DNA of 63,842 nt, filler included, from Phoronis australis (lineage: Eukaryota; Animalia; Phoronida), in the NCBI GenBank assembly GCA_002633005.1. It is 8 parts of 8 records of this genome, joined end to end, with 100 filler letters (N's around TTAATTAATTAA, not from the genome) between each part and the next. Parts side by side here need not be neighbours in the genome. Positions count along the whole stretch, not along the records: positions 7,763 to 37,041 come from NMRA01000670.1; 7 more parts are not named here. The stretch is one strand, 5' to 3'. The translations under genes and the position numbers were made by a program. This document shows, one piece after another, positions 25,540 to 37,141 of this stretch (position 1 is its first letter; every line of letters begins with the position of its first letter). Under the pieces are notes generated by a model, which worked only from the letters and a program-made list of their open reading frames with translations, had not been told where the DNA came from and ran no database searches.

Positions 25540-26240
25540 AAATGGAAACTAGATGGCGCAAAAACATACAATCCATCCAAAAACAGGAACAATTGCCATA
25601 TTTCATAAAAATCTGTCAAGGAACTTCAAAGAAACAAAGGAAAACAAAATACAATGAAATTGCCACAAGTGGGCACAGTGTCCGTTAGATCCGCCTGAAA
25701 GTGGTCGTCGTCTGTTGTTATCTTTATATAAATACACTGTCTTGTTAAATTTAGTAAAGATCCTGCAGTGGGTTTTAAGAGATACAACTATGGGCGCAAA
25801 ACAAAACTACCACTAGGAGGTGCCACAGTAATCAGTCACCATCACCAAAGGTCGTCTTCACACTCAGGAGAACATATATGTCAATTTTCAAATGATTTGG
25901 TTGATACAGGGATGGACACCAAAAACAAGATTTGAAAACAGCAAAAGCGGCCACTAGGTGGTGCAAAATACCTCGATTCCATCCAAAAACAGGCAGACAG
26001 CACCATCACATCAATAGATGCCTATATTTAAAATTTTATGAAAATCTGTGGAGGACCTTTGAAGATACTAGGTTAAATGTAAAAAACTAAAATTGACACT
26101 AGGGGGCACAGCAGTTGTCAGATCTGTCTGAAAGTCGTCGTCATCTGTATTCAATATCACATAAATACACTTGCTAAATTAAGTAAAGATCCTGCGAACG
26201 GTTTAGGAGATACAGGCATAGGCGCAACAAAAACAAAATA
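25540..26240. repeat. Internally repetitive element with ~140-bp-spaced CCACTAG(G/A)NGG(C/T)GC-like motifs
   Basis: Motifs at ~25546, 25663, 25810, 25951 and 26096. The block GATCCGCCTGAAAGTGGTCGTC..GTAAAGATCCTGC..GAGATAC..GGCGCAA is repeated at ~25690 and ~26120. Confidence 0.6.
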
Positions 26241-27528
26241 GGAAAAGGTAATTTGACCGTTTTGTATCAACATGTTCCATTACAAGATGTAGTTACCATG
26301 ACACTAATTTGCTTCAATTTGTCAAATTGTTCAGTCAAGACCAAAAAACACCTACACAGATGGTAAATTTAATCTGAAGCCTGCACTCCACTACTTAAAG
26401 AAAAACAAACACGCAGGTGGATGTACTTTGATACAGGTACAGACCAGGTAGTGGATCACAATTACTGTGCTACACAAGCGGACATGTTGCTGTGTGAAAC
26501 TTATATGCCACTTGGTTTAACAGCACATTCTCCGGAGTAGGTATAACAAGATCAAGTTTTGTTAGGTCTGCTTATGTTCAGTTCTTTGAAACTAGTAGGG
26601 ATACAGTTGATAGTGATGATTGTTATACAACTGGTTTTAATATTTTCATACTCAGTAGAAGATAAGAAAATTATATGTAATCAATTTATCCAAACTTGAA
26701 ACAGTGTACGCTTAGAAGGAAATCAAAATGTTTGATTGATATAAAAAATTAATTAACCTGGTTTCCTAATGAAATCATTGAAAGTGACAATAGACTTCAA
26801 ATGAAAAACAGTGTTATCAATTAAGTTGCAAACTAGAAGTCTAAATGTATTATTCTATTAGTCTATAGAATTGTCCAGCTCATATGTAAATGTGAGCACA
26901 AAAGAAAGCTTGCGTGGCAAATATGTAACACATGTTTTAACATAAATTTAAATTTGGATATGGATTCACAACATGGAGGTAATACATAGATGAATTCAAA
27001 TCCTCATCAGGAGTAAATTGTTGCCAGGGTGAAGTTGAAATATTAATAACTGTTGCTGACCATTACTTAGCCAAGATGTTCATATCACTGTGTTGGCATA
27101 AGGCCTACTATCATATTAATATTAACAAAGTAGACTTGGATGAAGAACTTGGTTATGACGTAGTACCAGGTAACACAGGCAAGATGTACACCTTAACACA
27201 AGTAATGACCTCTGACAAGGACGTTTCACAGAACAAAAATGCCATTTCATTTTGAGTAACTGTAGTTTTATAGTTGACTATTGGGAAAACATAACACCCT
27301 GATGAAAAGGGAATATAATTTATGGCAAAAAGGGAATCTAGTCTTGTTACAAATACAACACAGTGGGTGTGGAGAAAGAAAGTTTAATCTATGTTGACTG
27401 AGCAAAGTGACAGTCATAACCTGAGCGACCAAGTGAACAATCTATGGCATGAGCAAATAGTGTAAGGAATGATACCAACTAGAGTAGAAGGTTTTGGAAG
27501 ACATGTGAGAAACACACTAAAGAGCAAG

Positions 27529-30500
27529 ATGAACCATTGTTTTATACTATCTTCACTTGCTTTCACTGGGCTGATGATGATACCAGCGACGTCAGGAAAT
27601 GGTAAGAGCCTTTCATGATCACAATGACGCAACATTTGTAGGACTCTAGGAATGATTTTTAAGAGAAGAAATGAATTACCTCAGTTGGAAAGGAAAGAGA
27701 AAATTCTGAATGAACTGTGCTCATTCACAGAACATCAAATATTTTAAAAATAGGAATATTTGAAGAAAACAATAAAATCTCATGCATGGAACTTAGACTT
27801 GCAGTGATACTTTGCTTGATATTTCAGAGCAAACAGCTTCTATTTGTCACTCAGAAGACATACTAAGAACAGTCAGCTTAACATGTGCCCAGGGAACAAC
27901 ACTGCGAGTAGTTGACGCCTACTTCCACGTGGACCGCTGCGTCACGTGGTCTCGCCGCTCATGTTGCAAGACAAACAGGTATTTCTACTTGATAAGTACA
28001 TCTACTGACCAAGGTTAATGAGGCTGATGAGTGCAAGTGATAACAGTAATTATGTCCACAATTAGAAGACACATAGAAGATTATGGTTTTTCTTTTGCTT
28101 GTTAGTCACTTCTTACGAAATGGATCGTGAAACAATTTACAAGAGACCTCAATCAGGAAAAATGATTAGATTTTGAGAATAATGGAAGGTGATAATAATT
28201 CTTTGTCTTTGTTATCTGTTCATACAATAAAAAAATTGAATATCTATTTCTAATTAGTTATCTATACACCTTAGAGTAATATGAATGTGCCATAGTTAGA
28301 ACAAGATTTTTTAAATCATCAGATATTTGTTATTAAAGTACCAGACAGAACCCTCGTTTTGGAAATCAGATACATTTTTATGTATCTCGTTGACGACGGG
28401 AAGGCAAAGAATTTCCTATCGCGCACCCACAGATATTTGTCTAGTTTATCAAACTTTCTCACAGCACAACAGTAATACGTTGTTGGCATTGGAAACATAA
28501 ATGAAGTAATGCATCCGAGAAAAACTAGTAGAGAATCAGACAACAACAAATAACAGGTGAAACTCCAATGGCATGAAAACGAGGCAGCAAGGGTGCATGA
28601 TGGATATTTACGGCATTGTGGCGAATACGCGTGCTTCGAGTGTTGCTGTGTAATACAGGACAGCCCTATTTTATATCGCCTAATTTCACCTGTCTAATAG
28701 GTATTTCACTTCACAGCTTCTGCCACTTGTCAGCAAGGAAGACAGTACCCGAGTACTGGAACGATATTGTGACTGGGTGCAGTGGACAAGACAGGTGTAG
28801 AGTTAGAACCAGATATATCCAGACTAAGTGTCATAAATACTGGCGACCAAGCAACCACCTGATCATCAAGTACTTGTGTGTCAAAGGTAGGTTGAATTCC
28901 AACACCACATATTTGCTTTCTTCTCGGTTAACACATTTTAATTTCAACAAGCAGAACATTGTCAATAATACTATCCTTTCTGATACTTAAAACACAATTT
29001 TGTGAATGAAAAGCTCTCCTCAAGGATTAATCACATTGACATGCATATGATAAACATCTATCGTATTGGATACCAGTTTGCATGAATTTCTGGCTCCTTT
29101 TGACAGACCGAGATGTGATCAAACTGTGCAGTCAGAGAGTGGACATTCTCCAGATTTCTAAAGCACTGATACAAAGTCCTGACTACCCACTAATGCAGCA
29201 CAGTTCAACTGCATCACAGTGTACCTGTGTCATCAAGTCTGTCAATAGTACTGTGACCAAACTGACACGTATTGAGGCGCAGATAGAAGGTACTAGTAGT
29301 CGTGGTCTTGGTGGCACCAACAGAAGACATGGTCATACATCGCAAATCTGCCAAAATGCCATGATAGTCTCCAGTCCATCAGCTTCAACTGGTGACTTAT
29401 GTCCAATCAACATCAGCTCGGATCCCACACAAACCATAGGAGGGGATACACTGGTGGTAAGCGTGAACCACATTAAAGGAGGAAACAGATTGGCATGGCG
29501 TTCCCTGCTACAATTTGAAGGTAACTTTAACTCAGGTGCACATAACAAAATATCTCAGCAATCTGTGCCTGGATGAAGTGTGAGCCTGATAGGGATAGAT
29601 ATGTTCTTGTTATATGATCACTACCTAAAATTGTTCTTCAAATGTTACATGCATCACAATGTTGAGCAGTGTTCTGCAGAACTTTGTACTTTGACAACAG
29701 ATAACTTCAAAAACCGTAGTCTACAGCAGCCCGGGATATGGGGAACATTGAGCTATAACAAGTTCACACATGGGATTTTACGAGAAGGTTTAAGATTGTC
29801 CGATTCACAAGGCAGATTAACTCCAATAATTATTCAGAAAGGCTCCCTAACAAGTATCTGGCATAAAATTAGTGTGCTTAATGTTGAAATTCTGGCCAAT
29901 CACATGCGATTACCATGCAAAAATATAGCCTTCTCAATAGAAGGTAGATCTGCTTTCTAATATGGAGACATGTCATATTTCTCATTAGTTTTCACCTGTG
30001 AATACTTTTCACATATGCTAACACTGTATAAGTTTCTTTTGTGTGCAGCAAAGCAATTATCAGTCAGCAAATGACTATACAAGCAACGCTTGCCAATGTG
30101 ACAGATAACGCTGGACAAAAAACTACACGGGATCGCTTAACAAAAGACCAGATACATATCAACATTTGAAAATTGCTATCCTTTGGAAAATTCACACAAC
30201 GGGAGATGTTTGAAATGACATAAAGAACAGTTTCCACTAGTTCCCTTCAACGGAAATTATGGTATCAGAATTTTAACACTGATTTACAGCATGCATTTAC
30301 CACTAGAATTAAAGTTAATTTAGGCATCTTTGTATCATTCAGGAAGTGGGCCAATATCTATCAACTGCTGGGCAGACGGTGGCTTTGAGGTAACAACACC
30401 AACAGTGTCAACAGACCACACAACAGTTACATCCACACCGTCACAAGTCCAGACAGAGACATGGAGCAACAATGCAAGAACAGGTCAACATAGACTGCAG

Positions 30501-33418
30501 GCTGCACCAAACACTTTTTTAGCACCCACAGACTACACATCTATCATTCCCAGTCAGGAAACAGAGAGGGATACAGCTCAGATCACATCTACAAAGCAAC
30601 CTTCAACAACAGATGTCAGTCCCAGTCCTGAAGGAACCACAAACATTAATCAAGAACAGAATTCTCAAACACGTAACATACCATCAACAGCAAAATTCAG
30701 TGCGAAGACCATTTTGTTGTCCACATTCACTAAGGAGTTAAAGGGGAGCTTGAAAACAACACCAACCACTTCAAAGCAGGAAGTGGCATGGGTCCATGGC
30801 AGTAGCAACACACAGAACAAAACGACCTTGCCAGCAAAACATCATCCAACTACAAAGTCTTTGAAACATGAGTTCCATTCAAATGCTATTCAGACAACTC
30901 AAACTGCTGATGTCAGCAGAGAAACCAGAACACATACAGCGATCAGAGCAGGCAGTGTAGTGGCGATAAATGGCACAAGACCGACCGATTCAAAAACTAA
31001 AGACAAGAAAATTGACAACGGTAAGAAGACACGTTAGGATGTCAGGCTTTTAATTTTAATTAATTAATGCTTGCCTTGATCAAACATGTGCATCATCAAC
31101 AAGGCAAGACTTGAAACTTAGAGAATAGCTATCTACAACCTTGTTATGTCAGGATTTAATTAAAGTCTTGCCCATCTTCCAAGCTTAACTTGACTCCGGT
31201 AATACTGATAAACGGGCTAACCAAGGAAATGATAGTCTTTGGTGATACATCCACAAAGACTTATACTCAATCTAATGCTTCAACAGATATCTGCTACAAA
31301 ATTGTATTTCAATAATGATAAAAATCGTATAATTTGTTGTAGAAATTTTCAGTAAACCTTGTCATTTCAGGACTAATCATAGGAATCAGCCTGGGTTTGG
31401 TGCAACTCTTGTTGATAATGATAGTTGTTGCCATGGGATACAGGATCTGTCGGTGAGTTTTTACAACATCCTCATAATGAGACACACCCACCTGGCTACC
31501 ATATTTAACAGTTTATAGTTTATATCATAAAGAAAACCATAGCTGTTATTGATTTTCTCAACTTACAATCATTTTTCTAACATATTATTCTGAAATGTGG
31601 TTGGCAAGAAAAACAAAACAAGCTGATACTAAGTCAGTAATGTGACCAGAATGCACATCAATTCTGATGTCACCAAAAATCCCACGCAAAATCAGGTGAC
31701 CAATTGGATTCTATTAAAATGGTTCTGTTTCAAACACAAAACAGACAATAGTCTCCATCCTGTCAAAAACATTAGTTAATTGAGGAAAAAAATAGACAAC
31801 ATTAATACATGGAAACAGTTGAATACAATCAATATTTTAGTTTGCAGACAATACTTAAAAAATGTCATAAATGATGAACAGCCATAAAGCATCTGCAATT
31901 CAATATCCAAATACTTTCAATTGAAAATCAAGCAATCTTACATGTACTAAACACGTGTTCCTCAGAACTTGTAGTTAAAAGGGTTGAGCATATAATGATA
32001 GATTCTTAAATGTATGTACATATCTACATTATATCACTTGCAGACGCCGAAGGAGCAGATATATACAGCCGGTGGTACCAACACATGTCAACAACTGGCA
32101 ACAGCGTTTACCACATATACAGAACTATACAACAAGTCCAGCATTGCCTAATAATTACAAACACAGTGGAAACCAACTGGCCGCGGCAGCCAGCCCACCT
32201 TGTATGGACCACTATTGCAAGAACTCTTACAACAGTAATATAAATTTACATGGTGCATGCGAGGACTACATGATAGCAACTCTGCGTGTTAATCATAACT
32301 CCATCCCTGCAGACCTCAAGCATGATTCACAAGATGGAAACATTTATAACATACCAGAGGTTGATGACGATGAAGATCATGATTCGTTGTACATGGAGCT
32401 GGATGAATGCAAGGATGTGGCAAAGAAACAGGAGTCACCACCTAGTGACAGCAATGACAGTTTGAACATAGACAATGACACCATAGCAGAAACTGAGAAC
32501 AAAGAAGACCCTGGATACATGCTGCTGAAAGAATGCTCCGACAAGGTAGGAGAATACAAGAAGACAATACCCAGAACTCTGACACCACCAAGACTGTGTG
32601 TATCTCCACCACATTCACTGCCACCATCACCAACTTGCTGCCAGTCGCCCAGAAAAGGCTTACCTAGCAATACTGTCACCCTGGCAACAACCCCAAGTGC
32701 CACACCTCACATACCAAAGCGGTCAGTAACAGAACCTCTCCCAGAAATACCCACACAAGCACACGTTAAGGCAGAAGCGTTGAGACTCCCAGCAGTGGGC
32801 ATACACAACACAAAATCAGCACCTGTCTTATCTATTCCGGAGCCCACGGAAACTTGTCACTATGAACCTATACCAAGAAAGAGACAACTAGCGCCACCTC
32901 TACCTCCTTTGAAGGATTCAAGGTTGAATGGGTTGAACAGCAATACTTGCCCTTATCAGAATCTGCCACGCACAGCGCCATCTTCTCCCATCACTGGTCC
33001 ACAGAACCAACAGCGCAACTTCCTCACACTTCCCAGGCAAGGACACAATAGAGTGCCACAAGTCAGTGATGTGTCTTTTACTATAGGTGGAACTATGCCA
33101 AGACGTTCTAAACAGTTAGAGTGCAAAGGGCTGAGCAGGATAGTAACTGATCCCAGCCTGCTTCAGAAGCTGAAGGAAACACTTGATCCACAGCAGAGTG
33201 ACTATGGCAACATTCCATCAACAAAAGATGAGCTGGTAGAATATGATAGACTGGCTGATGAACTGTATATGCTCTCTAAACTGCTCAGGTCAAAGAGCAT
33301 GGAACATAGCCAAATACAGGACATATGTAGCGAGGACAGTGATACAGACGCAGAATATGAGAGGATGGACCAGATCAGAAGACAGTCAGAGGGCAATCAT
33401 GACTTCAATCTGTGCTGA
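27529..33418 (+). CDS. Receptor paralog 3 (apparently complete, ~980 aa): signal, SUEL/Gal-lectin-like, CUB-like, mucin stalk, TM, long Pro/Tyr-rich tail
   Basis: Exons 27529-27601 (MNHCFILSSLAFTGLMMIPATSGN), 27828-27978 plus 28717-28886 (lectin-like; C..LTCAQG..VVDAYF..IVTGCSGQDRCRV..HLIIKYLC), 29107-29520 (LCS..LIQSPDYP..CTCVI), 30343-31020 (stalk), 31371-31452 (TM; LIIGISLGLVQLLLIMIVVAMGYRICR) and 32044-33418. The spliced length is 2943 nt, in frame. Confidence 0.87.
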
Positions 33419-34445
33419 TATGAGGTCCGACAAAACTATTGTTAACTCTTTCACTGCCAAGAATGCCTTTCCGCGAGTTATGAATTAACTGCCAAATGCG
33501 CCAATCAGTCAGTTCCGTACTTGGCCAATTCAGAGTTTCATGGCAGTAAATAGTGCTTTCTGGTTAGTTGGGTTCATTTTATTCTACTCGCGTAGTTTTT
33601 ACCGTTGTTAATGTGATTTTGCACTTTCCCTTTTTACATTGTTGCTTCAACAGATTCACAACTTCAACATTTTCTTGTGTAATATCCTAGAGGAGGCACC
33701 ACTCTCCTAAATTATCTGTCCCAGTTCCAGGTTAGTGTATTGTGACCACACAACAGCCAACCATGATTAGCAGATGACATGCTTGCCGGAAATAACACCA
33801 GATAATTTGGTCAGGTGTCGCTAGTGAATATAACATCATTGCTTCTGTAAGAGCATAGATTTCGTCCATTGAAAGTATACTGAGTTGGCGGTCCATGTTC
33901 TATAGTCTATGGTGGAAAGAAAGGAAGTCAAGCATTTGACTATGTTGATGGTGAATTGTACCGGAAACCTGCAAATCTAGATAATTTAGTGGTGGGATGT
34001 ACCAACCTTGTAGCCCACAATCTTTTACATTAAAGATTTACTGAACTAAGTATGCACAAGGTTCAACTTGCATTGAACAAGGACTTGATACTTGGCCAAG
34101 GGACCAGTGTCTAAGATATTTGATTTTCCTTCAAAAAATGAAGATATTAGTTGTCAAAAATGAAGACTTAGGGTGGTGTTTGAAAAGGGGAGTTTCTTGT
34201 TACTAGTCAAGTAAAACAATAATTCTGAATGCAGACAATAAGAATATGCACTTTAAATTATTAAGAAATTCATGTTCAAATAAGAAATGACACTTTTTAC
34301 CCAAAATAGTGATCACATGGCCATGTACAATTGTTTGACATTTTAAGGCACGGATTCAGTTATAGACTAATAATTTAAAGAGTTGAAAATGGGCCCTTAA
34401 AAGATTTAACTTAAATAGACTTGATAAAGGATGACAATTACCCAA

Positions 34446-34640
34446 AGAATGAATGAAGCCCATCATATAAACCTCTTACTATACTACTCCCATCATATAC
34501 CCCACTTAACATTTCTGGCTGAACCAAGTCTAACATGAATAAAATTCAACACAGAATGAATGAAGCCCATCATATACCCCACTTAACATTTCTGGCTGAA
34601 CCAAGTCTAACATGAATAAATTTCAACACAGGATGAATGA
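34446..34640. repeat. Short local tandem duplication
   Basis: GAATGAATGAAGCCCATCATATA and CCCACTTAACATTTCTGGCTGAACCAAGTCTAACATGAATAAA each occur twice. Confidence 0.75.
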
Positions 34641-34926
34641 TGCTCATTCAAGATGTTGGGGCTTAGGTAACTGTTTAAATAAGGTCAAGCTCATAAACAT
34701 GTGCTGACCACTGTAATTCTCAAATTTTTAAACATGTCACAAAAGACAATGGTATCTGAATTATTTAAATAAAACATGTGACTGTGCATTTAAGTCAACA
34801 GGAGCACCTTACATTAACAACTTTATAGTACTGTAAGAGTACAAAAGTGCCTTTGACAAGTTTATAGAGATGAATTGCAACTTTTGAGACAATGGTCATT
34901 TTTGTGTGAATCGCTAGAACATCCCA

Positions 34927-35146
34927 GTGCACAACTTTGGCAATGTCATTACCACACAATGGTCGCAGAGGTGCACAACTCTGGCAATGTCATGACCACA
35001 TAATGGTCACAGAGGTGCACAACTTTGGCAATGTCATGACCACATAATGGTCGCAGAGGTGCCCAACTTTGGCAATGTCATGACCAAATAATGATTGCAG
35101 AGGCGCACAACTTTGGCAATGTGATGACCACATAATGGTTGCAAAG
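34927..35146. repeat. 44-bp minisatellite, 5 copies
   Basis: Unit GTGCACAACTTTGGCAATGTCATGACCACATAATGGTCGCAGAG starts at 34927, 34971, 35015, 35059 and 35103. Confidence 0.9.
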
Positions 35147-37141
35147 ATGTTCTACAAAATTCTGGGAAATGACTTACTGCAGTATCTCAATACTAGTTTA
35201 TTATCTACAAAAATATGTCCACAAACTACATTGCCATTAGAGACAAGACCTACTACAACATGTTGTCACTATACTTGAAAACAGCTGTTGATTCTATAAA
35301 ACACATATTTTGATATAAATTTACTTCTGCAAGATCAAACTACAAGAACAATAACAATATGATATAATTAACCATAATCGGATCAAAAGCTGCCATTCCA
35401 GACACAAGTATGCTACTAATCTAACAAACAGTTAAGCTCATCTACTTTTTAATTGCGTAAGTTGCATGTTGACTTAATACAATGTAAGTGGGTCACTAGC
35501 AAAGCTTAAGAATCAACCAACTGTGCACAACATAGCAGAGGTAATCTTAACGATCACTTGAGGAGATCTGGTTATTAACACCATTTACGGTCATATGAGT
35601 TGACAAGTGTCACCCAATAGGAAAAAGTCAAGATTGTAAATTAAGTTTAGTGTTTTTTTTTGAAATCTAAGACATTAAATGCTCTTCACTTAATGTATAA
35701 AAATTTCAACAAATCTAATAATTCATGATTTTCACAAAAGTACCACCTGAAACTTAATTTTCAAATTAAGAGGTCAAGCAGTGGCATTAAATACCAACAG
35801 TGAAGTCATTCTTGAGATACTCTGTGCAAAACAAACCAAAATCACTTTACTACTTTTTTCAACAATAATAATCAAATTTCATCAACAGTACTGTTGTATA
35901 AATATAAAAATAGTCAAGCAAACTATTCTAAAGGTTTATTTGCCATAATCCCTGGAGAGAATTTTCCACAGATTACATGCTTTTGAAGGGATAAAAATGG
36001 AAAAATGAATAATTTGTGTAAAAACCCACACTGCATGTGAACCATGGGAACTCAGTGTAGCAATATGATACGTTGGCATACAAACAGGTGCGGGGTGAGC
36101 AGGTTGAGAATTCCTGCAACCTGTCAATGAAAATTTTCCATATTTCAAGACAACTTGTGTCATTAACCCATTTAAGGTTATTATTCTGCTCGTAGAACAA
36201 AAACAACTGTCAGAACTGACTCGGTAATTGGATAATATTTGAAGTAATTACATATGATGCACTTCACATCTAAAGACTGACCATTTTCAAGCACAGAAGT
36301 GATACTGGGTAGACGAGTTTGGCAACACTAGATGCTGCAATTTTGACAAAACTATTCAGTAAGTTATCAATGTTTCAGGACATACATTCAGTCAAAAAAT
36401 TAATGCGTTTCAGACAAAGTGTTCAGTTTTTAGCTATTTCCTATAACAAACCCGGTGGCCAAAACTGTCAACTTGAGGTTATGCATAGGCGGATTTAGGA
36501 GGAAGGGGGGCCCAGGGGGCCCGGCCCCCCACTTGGCTGCCACAAAAAATAAAGCAGTAAGAGCGTAGGGAAATGTTGAGTTTATTAATTAACCCCGGTA
36601 ATTAAAAGTATACGGATGAAAAAAGATTTAAATATGTGCAGTTTTAGTGTTGGAGGGGGGGGCTCAAATCCAATTTCAAGTGTCAAATTCTGAACACGAC
36701 GCATTCGTAACAGAACTATGGCTAAGTATAGGCTCTCCCGCAATATCCCAGGCGACCGGCAGTGGCGCTGCGCACTACGACTCTGTTTCCGTCGTCTGCT
36801 CCACTGTGCAATGAAAAAAATTCCTTCATTTTTAAAGAAAATGGAACCTGAGTGACGATGAAAAAACAGAAGCTGCTGGTAAGATGTGAATTTTAATTGA
36901 AGCCTTAGTAAATCACTCAGAAACTCGCAATACTCTCTTTGTCAAACCTTATCTTAAGACGATTTCCAAAGCAATCCCGTCATTATTGCCAACACGAAAA
37001 ACGGATTTGGTCTTTTGGGCATTTGAAGACTATTTTAAATANNNNNNNNNNNNNNNNNNNNNNNNNNNNNNNNNNNNNNNNNNNNTTAATTAATTAANNN
37101 NNNNNNNNNNNNNNNNNNNNNNNNNNNNNNNNNNNNNNNNN

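Noticed and set aside
34927-35146. CRISPR-like array
   Set aside because: The 44-bp units are head-to-tail with no unique spacers, there are no cas genes, and the context is eukaryotic.
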